Shown piece by piece: positions 1-7,632 of a stretch of 10,677 nucleotides of DNA; the stretch's first letter is position 1; each line of letters starts with the position of its first letter. The notes beneath the pieces were generated by a model. It was not told where the DNA came from and did no database searches. It saw nothing but the letters and a program-made list of their open reading frames with translations. The stretch is from Calditrichia bacterium. GTDB lineage: Bacteria > Calditrichota > Calditrichia > RBG-13-44-9. The DNA lies in the NCBI GenBank assembly GCA_037381445.1, contig JARRQT010000109.1:1-10677 (forward strand), in the 5' to 3' direction. The translations under genes and the position numbers were made by a program.

Positions 1-351
1 TCTACTGCTGAAAGTGTCCAGCCCATCGTAAAAATTCCGCTTAGTGGCGATTCTGTGCATATAAATATCTTGTTTGAACCCACTGTTGAGTTACTACCGC
101 CGTCCATAAATACGCGGACAGGTGATCGCAACAAAGGATTAAAGATTATTTCTGTTGCAAAAGAAGAGAAAAATTTGGAAGTAGATGTGGAAGGATTATC
201 CGGTCGTTCCTATTCCATTGGGATAACTCAGGCTTCCAAAATCATCTCAGTCAAAGGGGCTTCATTGGAGGGAAATCAACTTTTGTTTGATGTACCCGGA
301 GAAAACAACTGTGAATTCTCACGCCATGCGGTAATCGTTACAACAAAATAA
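1..351 (+). CDS. 3' end of a larger CDS truncated by the window edge; beta-rich C-terminal tail resembling that of amylo-alpha-1,6-glucosidase/glycogen-debranching-like glycosidases (tentative)
   Basis: Frame 1 is open from base 1 (STAESVQPIVKIPLSGDSVHINILFEP...) to TAA 349-351, so GTG55 is probably not the true start. The segment LLPP..GDRNKGLKII...VEGLSGRSY recalls, from memory, C-termini of GDE-like glycosidases. Coding status is well supported; product is weak. Confidence 0.55.
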   Translation, partial: STAESVQPIVKIPLSGDSVHINILFEPTVELLPPSINTRTGDRNKGLKIISVAKEEKNLEVDVEGLSGRSYSIGITQASKIISVKGASLEGNQLLFDVPGENNCEFSRHAVIVTTK

Positions 352-363
352 TTCAATAAAAAT

Positions 364-368
364 AAGGA
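364..368 (+). promoter_or_regulatory. Shine-Dalgarno (AAGGA) for TTG start at 375
   Basis: AAGGA ends 6 nt before TTG375, which opens a signal-peptide-like N-terminus. Confidence 0.6.
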
Positions 369-374
369 AAAACT

Positions 375-3155
375 TTGCGAATAATAATTCTTATCACTCT
401 ACTCTTAGGAAATTGGAGTCTTTTGTTTTGCAAAACGGCATCTCAAACGGCTGTAAAAGAAATTGATTTTAGCACGAGTAATGGACTGAGTATCCGCGCC
501 TTCATTCAGGAAGATAAAAACCGCGTTGAAGTGAATCAGGTAATGCCATTTTTTACAGTTGATATAAACGATTCGACATTGAATTCGATAAGGGCAGACG
601 CAAAACTGGAAAGAAAGCAGATTTCCTTTCACTTTTCGAATAATTTAACCGGAACGCTTCAGATTCAGAAGAATTTTGCACCAGGTTGGAAGGGAATTAT
701 TACATTCATAAACAATTCACCGGACACGGTCAAATTGGCTAATGTTGTCCCATTTGGTAAGAGTGATGATCATATTTACCTCACCGCCTCCGGACCTTGG
801 TCTTTGGCCCGCACAAAAATATTTCGTCCGGGTTTGGGGCCGGTTGGTGTTGTGTTGCCTGATAATGCCTGGGAAACCGGTTATGGAGCGATCACGATTG
901 GTACGGGAAGCTCTTATTGTGCAATAGCCAGGAGAACCAAAATGAATGATGGAACTGCAAGACGATGGTGGACACTTCTCCCGCCCGGAAGCAGTGTTGA
1001 ATACGCTTTTTATGTTGATGGATACACAGGTGAATGGCAAAATGGATTGAGATTAATGTTTCAGGATCGATATTTATACGACCTGGAAAAGTTTGATAAT
1101 CATCTTTATGAAAGAGAGGACCTGGCCTGGATTCGTCACCAGTATGTAATCACCACCCAAATGGCCTGGGACCATGACTTTTATGATACTCACAATGGTG
1201 GCTATACATTTGGAAGCTATCTTGATATGGGTAAGAAGTATTTTGGAAACTGGGATTCATACATTTTCTGGCCAACCTGGCCTACGCTGGGTTTGGATCA
1301 AAGGAATCAGTGGGATATGTACAAAGATATCCCGGGTGGTTTGGATAAAATCAGGACGCTTGCCGAAGAAGCCAGATCACAGGGCACACGTTTTTTTATA
1401 TCCTATAATCCCTGGGACCAGAGTACTCGGAAAATGGATCCTTATAAGGGAATGGAGCAGTTAATCCGGGCTACCAGTGCGGATGGTGTCATCCTTGATA
1501 CCTATGGAAGCTCGAACAAAGATTTGCAGGCAGCGGCCGATCGCGCGAGACCCGGTGTAGTTATGTATAGTGAGGGCATGGCTGTTCCTAAAGATATGCC
1601 AACTATAATTACCGGACGGGTCCATGACGCCATATTCATGCCGCCTCCGGTCAATCTAAACAAATTTATAAAACCGGACAATGCCATTTTCCGCGTATGT
1701 CAATTAAATGATGGGGAAATGCACCGGGAAACGTCGATCTCATTTTTTAATGGATATGGTGTAGAAATAAATGTGTACCGCCCGGGGAGGCCAGCCTGGA
1801 TGGATGAAGAATACAGGTATTTGGGCAAGTTGGTCATGATTCTGCGGGATAACTCCTCTGCATTTCTTAGCAAGGACTGGACGCCGCTGTTGCCAACACT
1901 AAGGGACAGTATCTGGGTCAATAAATGGCACGAAAAGAAAAAAACAGTCTATACGGTTTTTAGCTTGTTACCGGCAGGTTTTGACGGACCGCTTTTTGAA
2001 GCTCCGGTTTCTCCGGATTCCCACTATGTCAGCCTGTATCATCATGAAGAATTGAAGCTGGATTCCATTGGAAATAAAACATATATCAGGGTGAAGACCC
2101 ATTCATTTGACAAAAGCTGGTTGAACACGCGTAAAGAAGGTAGTGTAGACTGTGTCGCCAGATTTCCGGACTTGCTAAAGGTCAAATTAGAAATGGATTC
2201 GCTGTCTTTCAGTGCACAAGCCGGCGACCTGATCCGTATCTGGAAGGGAATGCCATCCTATCAGAATGAACCAAAGATATATAAAGCCAAAACCGGGACA
2301 ATCAAGCTTCTGGATGAATTTGGCAGATACGAAGGAAAGTTTGTTGTTCAGCTATTAGAAAATAACGAGCTAATCGACGAAAAAGTGGTTGAGCTGAAAA
2401 TGCAGACGCCACGTCTAATTGGCCGCGTCCAGCGCGCCTTTGGAAATGAGGATTTCACAAAAGATATGATTTTTGTTCAGGGCAGCGACCACTATTTTTT
2501 TAAGAATGAAGGGGCGAGTGGAATCATTCCTTATCCTGATTTCCCGAAAGGGAAAGTAGTCCTGGTCAAATCTTTTTATATGGATAAGTATCCGGTTACA
2601 AATGCCCAGTTCAAGAAATTTATGGAGGAAACAAAATATCTTCCTGAGGATTCTGCCAATTTCCTGAAACACTGGAAAAATGGGACATATCCGGAAGGAC
2701 AAGGCAATTATCCTGTGGTTTATGTAAGCCTGGAAGATGCACGTGCATATGCCCGGTGGGCAGGGAAACGGCTTCCCACTGAAGTGGAATGGCAGTATGC
2801 TGCACAGGGTGGTGATACTCTAGAATGGCCATGGGGAGCAGAATTTGATTCGACTCTGTGCAATTCTTCCCTGGGATACCCAACTTCGGTAAAAACTTTC
2901 CCGGGGGGCGCCAGTCGCTCAGGTGTTATGGATTTGGTTGGAAATGTCTGGCAGTTGACCAATGATGAATATGACGATGGCAGCTACTATTTTATTATTA
3001 TCCGAGGTGGCAGCTATTACAACCCGACTTCAAGCTGGTGGTATGTCAAGGGTGGACCACAACCGCTGAATAAATCTCAAATGCTGTTGCGGGTCAGTCC
3101 CGGTTTTGAACGAAATGCTACGGTTGGTTTTCGCTGCGTGGTGGATGCAAAATAA
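375..3155 (+). CDS. Secreted 926-aa SUMF1/EgtB/PvdO (FGE-sulfatase) domain protein with an N-terminal beta-rich region and a central putative glycosidase-like TIM barrel
   Basis: Hydrophobic N-terminus (MRIIILITLLLGNWSLLF). The C-terminal ~230 aa carry FGE-domain motifs: FYMDKYPVTNAQF, PVVYVSLEDARAYARWAGKRLPTEVEWQYAA, WPWG, GVMDLVGNVWQ, RGGS, GFRCV. The centre has alternating beta/alpha motifs (YIFWP; GGLDKIRTLAEEARSQGTRFFISYNPWD; ADGVILDT; MYSEG). Confidence 0.85.
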   Translation: MRIIILITLLLGNWSLLFCKTASQTAVKEIDFSTSNGLSIRAFIQEDKNRVEVNQVMPFFTVDINDSTLNSIRADAKLERKQISFHFSNNLTGTLQIQKNFAPGWKGIITFINNSPDTVKLANVVPFGKSDDHIYLTASGPWSLARTKIFRPGLGPVGVVLPDNAWETGYGAITIGTGSSYCAIARRTKMNDGTARRWWTLLPPGSSVEYAFYVDGYTGEWQNGLRLMFQDRYLYDLEKFDNHLYEREDLAWIRHQYVITTQMAWDHDFYDTHNGGYTFGSYLDMGKKYFGNWDSYIFWPTWPTLGLDQRNQWDMYKDIPGGLDKIRTLAEEARSQGTRFFISYNPWDQSTRKMDPYKGMEQLIRATSADGVILDTYGSSNKDLQAAADRARPGVVMYSEGMAVPKDMPTIITGRVHDAIFMPPPVNLNKFIKPDNAIFRVCQLNDGEMHRETSISFFNGYGVEINVYRPGRPAWMDEEYRYLGKLVMILRDNSSAFLSKDWTPLLPTLRDSIWVNKWHEKKKTVYTVFSLLPAGFDGPLFEAPVSPDSHYVSLYHHEELKLDSIGNKTYIRVKTHSFDKSWLNTRKEGSVDCVARFPDLLKVKLEMDSLSFSAQAGDLIRIWKGMPSYQNEPKIYKAKTGTIKLLDEFGRYEGKFVVQLLENNELIDEKVVELKMQTPRLIGRVQRAFGNEDFTKDMIFVQGSDHYFFKNEGASGIIPYPDFPKGKVVLVKSFYMDKYPVTNAQFKKFMEETKYLPEDSANFLKHWKNGTYPEGQGNYPVVYVSLEDARAYARWAGKRLPTEVEWQYAAQGGDTLEWPWGAEFDSTLCNSSLGYPTSVKTFPGGASRSGVMDLVGNVWQLTNDEYDDGSYYFIIIRGGSYYNPTSSWWYVKGGPQPLNKSQMLLRVSPGFERNATVGFRCVVDAK

Positions 3156-3198
3156 TCCGCACGGGAGTCACGGATACTGCAAATTGAAAATAAAACGT

Positions 3199-3203
3199 GA
3201 GGA
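3199..3203 (+). promoter_or_regulatory. Shine-Dalgarno (GAGGA) for ATG 3210
   Basis: GAGGA lies 6 nt upstream of ATG3210; an alternative in-frame ATG is at 3216. Confidence 0.6.
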
Positions 3204-3209
3204 TATGCA

Positions 3210-5183
3210 ATGAATATGAAAAGCGTTGTTTCTGGAATTCTATCCCTTTGCCTGGTCTCCGCTGTGTTTGGACAATCGGCGCTGGATAATATACTTTCTC
3301 CTGCACGGTTGCCTTACTTGAAACCCAGCAAAATGATCCAGATATCCAGCCACGACACGACCGGCGGGAATAACGACCGTATCAGTTTGCGGCCTGGAGA
3401 GAAAGCAACAATTGCGCAGATGAAAGGACCCGGAGTGATCACCCGGATTTGGGTGACCATTGATTCACGTGATCCGTATTTCCTGCGCCGTATCGTGTTG
3501 AGAATGTATTGGGATGGTGAGGAGAATCCATCAGTTGAGGTGCCGGTGGGCAATTTTTTTGGTACCGGCTTTGAATACAAACATTACTTGTCGGAATTTG
3601 TCGGGATGAGCAGCGGCGGATACTACTGCTATTTCCCCATGCCCTTCAATAAATCCGCCAGAATTGAAGTGGAAAACCAAACCGGACAGGAAGTCTATGC
3701 ATTTTATTATCATGTGGATTATCAAAAGCTGGAAGTACCTTTGGACAAAGATGTGGCTTATTTCCATGCCCAATGGCGAAGAGAGTTACGCACACAGCCT
3801 GACAAGAATTATACTATTCTTGATGCCGGGGGGCAGGGGCATTTTGTAGGCGTCAATATGGATATGCAGAGTTACAAGCGGAATCTGTGGTTTCTGGAAG
3901 GTGATGAAATGGTCTATGTTGACGGCGAGAAATATCCTTCAGTATATGGTACCGGGACAGAAGATTATTTTACCGGTGGCTGGTATTTTAATAAAGGTGA
4001 ATTCAATGGTCCTGTCCATGGTCTTATTATCAAAGATGATTCCTTAGCCCGTATTGCAGTTTACCGATTTCATGTGGGTGATGCCATTCCCTTCAAAAAG
4101 TCCATCAAATTTACCATTGAACATGGGCACGCGAATACTGAAAATGCTGATTACAGCAGTACTGCGTACTGGTATCAGATGGAGCCTCATAAACCATTTC
4201 CGCCATTACTGAAGGCCAGTCTGCGTATTCCTCTCCGGGTCGCTGTACCGGAAGGTGGCATTGAGGCTGAATCGCTGAAACCGATTGGCAAAAATATCCG
4301 ATATGAAAGTGAAGATATGTCAGATTTTGGTCCGGACTGGAGTGGACTTAAACAACTAAAGATTGTCCCAAATGCCGAAGGAAAACAGTTTGCCTTAGAT
4401 ATACCTAATGTTTCCGAAGACCGTTATAATATAGATTTGTATTATACAAAGGGCCCCGACTACGGTAATGTGAATATTTTGTATCAGGGGAATAAAGTTG
4501 GGCAAATCGAGGGCTATCATGAGGCCATTTTTCCTGGTGGTAAAGTAACTCTGAAAGATCTCAGAGCACAAAATGGAAAGATTCCCTTAACATTTGCGGT
4601 TATCGGGAAAGAGAAGAAAGCTTCGGGTTTTGCCGTTGGACTCGATGCCTTTATTGTTGATCCTGTCCGGGAATACATACCCGAGTGGTATGTTATTGGT
4701 CCATTTCCCAATGAACGCAAATCGGAGGAAGAACGACTTGGGCTGGCCACCGTTTACCCGCCGGAAAAGGAAATTGATCTGAATAAAAGTTATTTGGGGG
4801 CGGACAGCCAGCAGGTTAACTGGAAATTGTATAAAACGCCCGAAAGTGGACGTTTTCAATTGTGGGACAAGGTGAAACCTTTCGAACTGGTTGTTAGCTA
4901 TGCCCTGACTTATATTTATTCTCCCAAAGATCAGGCGGTTCCATTATTGGTTGGCTCTGATGATGGCATAAAAATATTTCTAAATGATAAACCAATTCAT
5001 GAGAAATTACTGGTGCGTATTTCCGAACCCGACCAGGACCGGGTGCCACTTCAGCTGAAAAAAGGGTGGAATAAGTTACTTCTAAAGGTTGAAAATAATT
5101 TTGGTGGATATGCTTTTTTTGCCAGGGTGCTTGATATTGATAAGTCCTTGACAATTGACGTTAATAAAAAGGTTAATCAATAA
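3210..5183 (+). CDS. DUF2961 / glycoside hydrolase family 172 protein (alpha-D-arabinofuranosidase/alpha-D-fructofuranosidase family) with signal peptide and two C-terminal beta-sandwich modules (CBM-like and PA14-like)
   Basis: Family motifs: SSHDTTGGNND, GPGVITRIWVT, LRMYWDGEENPSVEVPVGNFFG, YCYFPMPF, YFHAQWRRE, WFLEGDEMVYVDGE, GTGTEDYF, YRFHVGDAIPFKKSIKFTIEHG, SSTAYWYQ. E230 (3897-3899) and E251 (3960-3962) are 21 aa apart, as are E270/E291 of the Bifidobacterium dentium GH172 enzyme. Confidence 0.9.
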   Translation: MNMKSVVSGILSLCLVSAVFGQSALDNILSPARLPYLKPSKMIQISSHDTTGGNNDRISLRPGEKATIAQMKGPGVITRIWVTIDSRDPYFLRRIVLRMYWDGEENPSVEVPVGNFFGTGFEYKHYLSEFVGMSSGGYYCYFPMPFNKSARIEVENQTGQEVYAFYYHVDYQKLEVPLDKDVAYFHAQWRRELRTQPDKNYTILDAGGQGHFVGVNMDMQSYKRNLWFLEGDEMVYVDGEKYPSVYGTGTEDYFTGGWYFNKGEFNGPVHGLIIKDDSLARIAVYRFHVGDAIPFKKSIKFTIEHGHANTENADYSSTAYWYQMEPHKPFPPLLKASLRIPLRVAVPEGGIEAESLKPIGKNIRYESEDMSDFGPDWSGLKQLKIVPNAEGKQFALDIPNVSEDRYNIDLYYTKGPDYGNVNILYQGNKVGQIEGYHEAIFPGGKVTLKDLRAQNGKIPLTFAVIGKEKKASGFAVGLDAFIVDPVREYIPEWYVIGPFPNERKSEEERLGLATVYPPEKEIDLNKSYLGADSQQVNWKLYKTPESGRFQLWDKVKPFELVVSYALTYIYSPKDQAVPLLVGSDDGIKIFLNDKPIHEKLLVRISEPDQDRVPLQLKKGWNKLLLKVENNFGGYAFFARVLDIDKSLTIDVNKKVNQ

Positions 5184-5196
5184 AGAGTGGTATTTT

Positions 5197-5397
5197 TTGA
5201 TCAATATTATTTATCTTAAATGCAGAGTCGCAAAAGAATTTTTTATGACTCGATGAGAAAAAATAATGATCAATGTGAGGGCCGGAAAACTGGTTTGGGC
5301 AAAATACTGATTAGGGTGTCGGGGAATAGAAACCTAATTTATCCCCCGGCTCCAAAGTCATCCCTGATATCTTAAATAATTTCATTATCGGGGAGAC
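5197..5397 (+). repeat. Series of imperfect inverted repeats (three hairpins) in the GH172-GH63 spacer
   Basis: Hairpin A: TTGATCA 5197-5203/TGATCAA 5267-5273 enclosing GAGTCGCAAAA 5225-5235/TTTTATGACTC 5241-5251. Hairpin B: GTCGGGGAATAGA 5318-5330/TTTATCCCCCGGC 5338-5350. Hairpin C: TCCCTGATA 5361-5369/TATCGGGGA 5386-5394, closed by GTC 5357-5359/GAC 5395-5397. Confidence 0.65.
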
Positions 5398-5416
5398 ATC
5401 GATATGAGGATCCGGA

Positions 5417-5444
5417 TTGACGCGGACGAGTTTGATTTTAAAGT
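5417..5444 (+). promoter_or_regulatory. Candidate sigma70 promoter for the GH63-like/galT unit
   Basis: TTGACG (5417-5422), 16-nt spacer, TAAAGT (5439-5444); 37 nt upstream of ATG5482, which has the SD-like AAGGGG at 5470-5475. Confidence 0.4.
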
Positions 5445-5481
5445 TGTTGTAAGAAAAAACTATACCTGAAAGGGGATATGT

Positions 5482-7632
5482 ATGCAATTCAATATACTCC
5501 GGATAGGAGTTATTATTTTTCTTCTGAATGTTATCGTTAACTTGCCAGCGCAGATTAGGATTAGCGATGATTATCTGATCCTGAATTCACGGGCCGATGA
5601 TCCGCTTTTTACTACCTATGCTGCTGCGATGGAAAGGTCACGGTTCTTTGCGGATAAGGCATACTTTCTGGATTATTTTACACCAGATAAGCCGATCACC
5701 TATACCAGTCAATATGCCGGAGAATGGACTATCCTATGGAAGGTAAACAATATTGTTGTAGACGAGATTGGAAAATTTATAAAGAAACCGGTTGTGGTTG
5801 CTTCTTTTCCTGACATGGCGATTATGAAGTACGAACCGTTCAATGGCTTAAAAGTCCAGGAAACGTTTTTTGTTTACAGTTCCGGGGCTGCAATAATTGA
5901 TCTTAGTATTAAAAATAACGGCAACATAGACTATAATTTTAATCTTTACCCATTGGTCCATAAACCAGAGGATTCGTTAGCGGTAGTAAAATATGATCCC
6001 GCAAATAACGCTTATGTTTTCACCCATTATGAGTCGACTGTCCGGTTACACAGCAATCTCTATGCTTCCCGAGGCTATCCTACTCATTTCAGGAACATGC
6101 TGGCCTGTGATCTGAAACCGGACAGTTATGGCACTTATGAAGGATGTTCGGTGCAGGATTTCTACTTTGCAATGAAACGCTTAAGCAAAGTTCATGCATA
6201 TGTCCTGAAACTGGATGAGCAGCAATCAGGTCCAACAGAATTCGTGGCGTTACAAAAGAATTTTGTCTTGAAGCCAGGTGAGAGTACCCATGTCAGATTT
6301 GTGCGGGGTGTTCAGGATGCACGCAATGATGAATCCGAACTTGCAAATGATGTACAGAATGCCCTTAAGGCTGATATTCAAAAATATGTGGATGAGAATG
6401 TTAGACTGTTTACGTCCATTCCTAAAATAAAATTCAAGAACCCAAAGGATAAGATGGTTTACCTGGGCGCATACAACCTTGTGCGTCAGAGTATGCTGCC
6501 ACCCAGGGGAGAGACAAAGTATAACTATTATGTCTTTTCACGAAATCCGATTTGGGGATGGGGACATGGGCACCAGGTGATGCACGAATCTCTGTCCATG
6601 CTTCCCTACGTCTATTTGGACTCAAAATCTGCGGAGGAGTCCCAGCGAATTTATATGGAGCAGCAGTACCCTGATGGTCTTATTGGATACCGCCACGGAC
6701 CGCGAGGTCCACAGGTTTACCCTCATGAAGGCAAAGCAACGACTTCTGCCCCGTTTTTTACCTGGACGAACTGGGAAGTATATGAGGTGAGTAAAGATAA
6801 AACATTTCTGCAAGACGCATATAAATCGGGCAGCAAGTTTGTAGAATATCTGGAAAAGGAACGGGATAAAGATCATGACCATATGTTTGAATGGGGGCCA
6901 TACGGGATAATCGAGAATGTTCGCGATGGCTGGAATGCGGTTTTCCAATTATTCTCCGAAGGGGAGGATGAAGGCAGGGATATCTCCGACGAACTAGATG
7001 ATCTTGATCTCACCTGTCAAGTAGCTAACGAAATGTACTATCTGAAGCTTATGGCCCGGGAACTCAACGATGCTCAGGGTGCTCAAATGTGGTCCAATAA
7101 ATTTGACGAAGTAGCAAGTCAGATAAATAAATACATGTGGGATCCACAGGATAAGTTCTATTATCATGTTGCCATGTCAGATAATTCTTTCGAATTTGAG
7201 GGAGAAAGCCTGAAGCGCAAAGAGATTATCGGTTTTTTACCAATGTGGGCCCATGTAGCCTCCAAAGAACAAGCCAAAGAACTGGTAAAGCATCTTACGG
7301 ATGAAACTTCATTCTGGCGGACCTACGGTGTTCCGACTCTTGCTGCCAACGATCCCAACTATACACCTTTCGTAGATGGATGTTGTCGCTGGAATGGTCC
7401 TATCTGGTTATTATGGGATTATATGGTCCTGGATGGTCTTCAGAATTACGGGTATAACAAACTGGCCAAACAATTATCCGATAAAATGATGCTGGCTGTC
7501 GGCACTCAACTGGAAAGAAATCATCATTTCTGGGAATCTTATAGCCCGGATTTTCCATATCAGGAAAGTCCCTCCAATTACATTTGGGATTCAATTATGG
7601 CCAAAGTTTTAATCGATGTCTATCAGAAATAG
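5482..7632 (+). CDS. Secreted (alpha/alpha)6-barrel glycoside hydrolase, GH63/MGH1-like (trehalase-like clan), with N-terminal beta-sandwich
   Basis: Signal peptide (MQFNILRIGVIIFLLNVIVNLPA-Q). Barrel motifs: QQYPDGLI, TSAPFFTWTNWEVYEVSKDKTFL, ERDKDHDHMFEW, INKYMWDPQDKFYY, GFLPMWA, FWRTYGVPTLA, WNGPIWL, GLQNYGY, FWESYSP. Confidence 0.8.
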   Translation: MQFNILRIGVIIFLLNVIVNLPAQIRISDDYLILNSRADDPLFTTYAAAMERSRFFADKAYFLDYFTPDKPITYTSQYAGEWTILWKVNNIVVDEIGKFIKKPVVVASFPDMAIMKYEPFNGLKVQETFFVYSSGAAIIDLSIKNNGNIDYNFNLYPLVHKPEDSLAVVKYDPANNAYVFTHYESTVRLHSNLYASRGYPTHFRNMLACDLKPDSYGTYEGCSVQDFYFAMKRLSKVHAYVLKLDEQQSGPTEFVALQKNFVLKPGESTHVRFVRGVQDARNDESELANDVQNALKADIQKYVDENVRLFTSIPKIKFKNPKDKMVYLGAYNLVRQSMLPPRGETKYNYYVFSRNPIWGWGHGHQVMHESLSMLPYVYLDSKSAEESQRIYMEQQYPDGLIGYRHGPRGPQVYPHEGKATTSAPFFTWTNWEVYEVSKDKTFLQDAYKSGSKFVEYLEKERDKDHDHMFEWGPYGIIENVRDGWNAVFQLFSEGEDEGRDISDELDDLDLTCQVANEMYYLKLMARELNDAQGAQMWSNKFDEVASQINKYMWDPQDKFYYHVAMSDNSFEFEGESLKRKEIIGFLPMWAHVASKEQAKELVKHLTDETSFWRTYGVPTLAANDPNYTPFVDGCCRWNGPIWLLWDYMVLDGLQNYGYNKLAKQLSDKMMLAVGTQLERNHHFWESYSPDFPYQESPSNYIWDSIMAKVLIDVYQK

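Noticed and set aside
55..351. Stand-alone 98-aa protein starting at GTG55
   Set aside because: The frame is open back to base 1 and GTG55 has no clear RBS; better explained as the tail of a longer gene.
2990..3155. C-terminal FGE/C-type-lectin domain as the variable region of a diversity-generating retroelement
   Set aside because: I found no template-repeat copy differing at adenines and no reverse transcriptase or Avd gene in the window; a remote DGR cannot be excluded.
375..3155. True formylglycine-generating enzyme, or EgtB/OvoA sulfoxide synthase
   Set aside because: Catalytic Cys pair absent; no DinB-like HxxxH iron motif evident; no sulfatase nearby.
5148..5183. Perfect TTGACA (5148-5153) as a -35 element at the end of the GH172 gene
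   Set aside because: No convincing -10 hexamer at 16-18 nt spacing, and it lies in coding sequence.
5225..5350. c-di-GMP-I (GEMM) or other known riboswitch, suggested by GGGCAAA and CGCAAAAG
   Set aside because: The motifs are in the wrong order and the GNRA-loop/receptor architecture is missing.
5184..5481. Rho-independent terminator, CRISPR array or tRNA in the spacer
   Set aside because: No stem is followed by a U-tract; no regularly spaced repeats; no cloverleaf or T-loop motif.
5482..7632. Bona fide trehalase (treA/treF, GH37)
   Set aside because: Lacks the GH37 signatures PGGRFxExYxWD and QWDxPxGWAP; only the shared barrel fold is supported.
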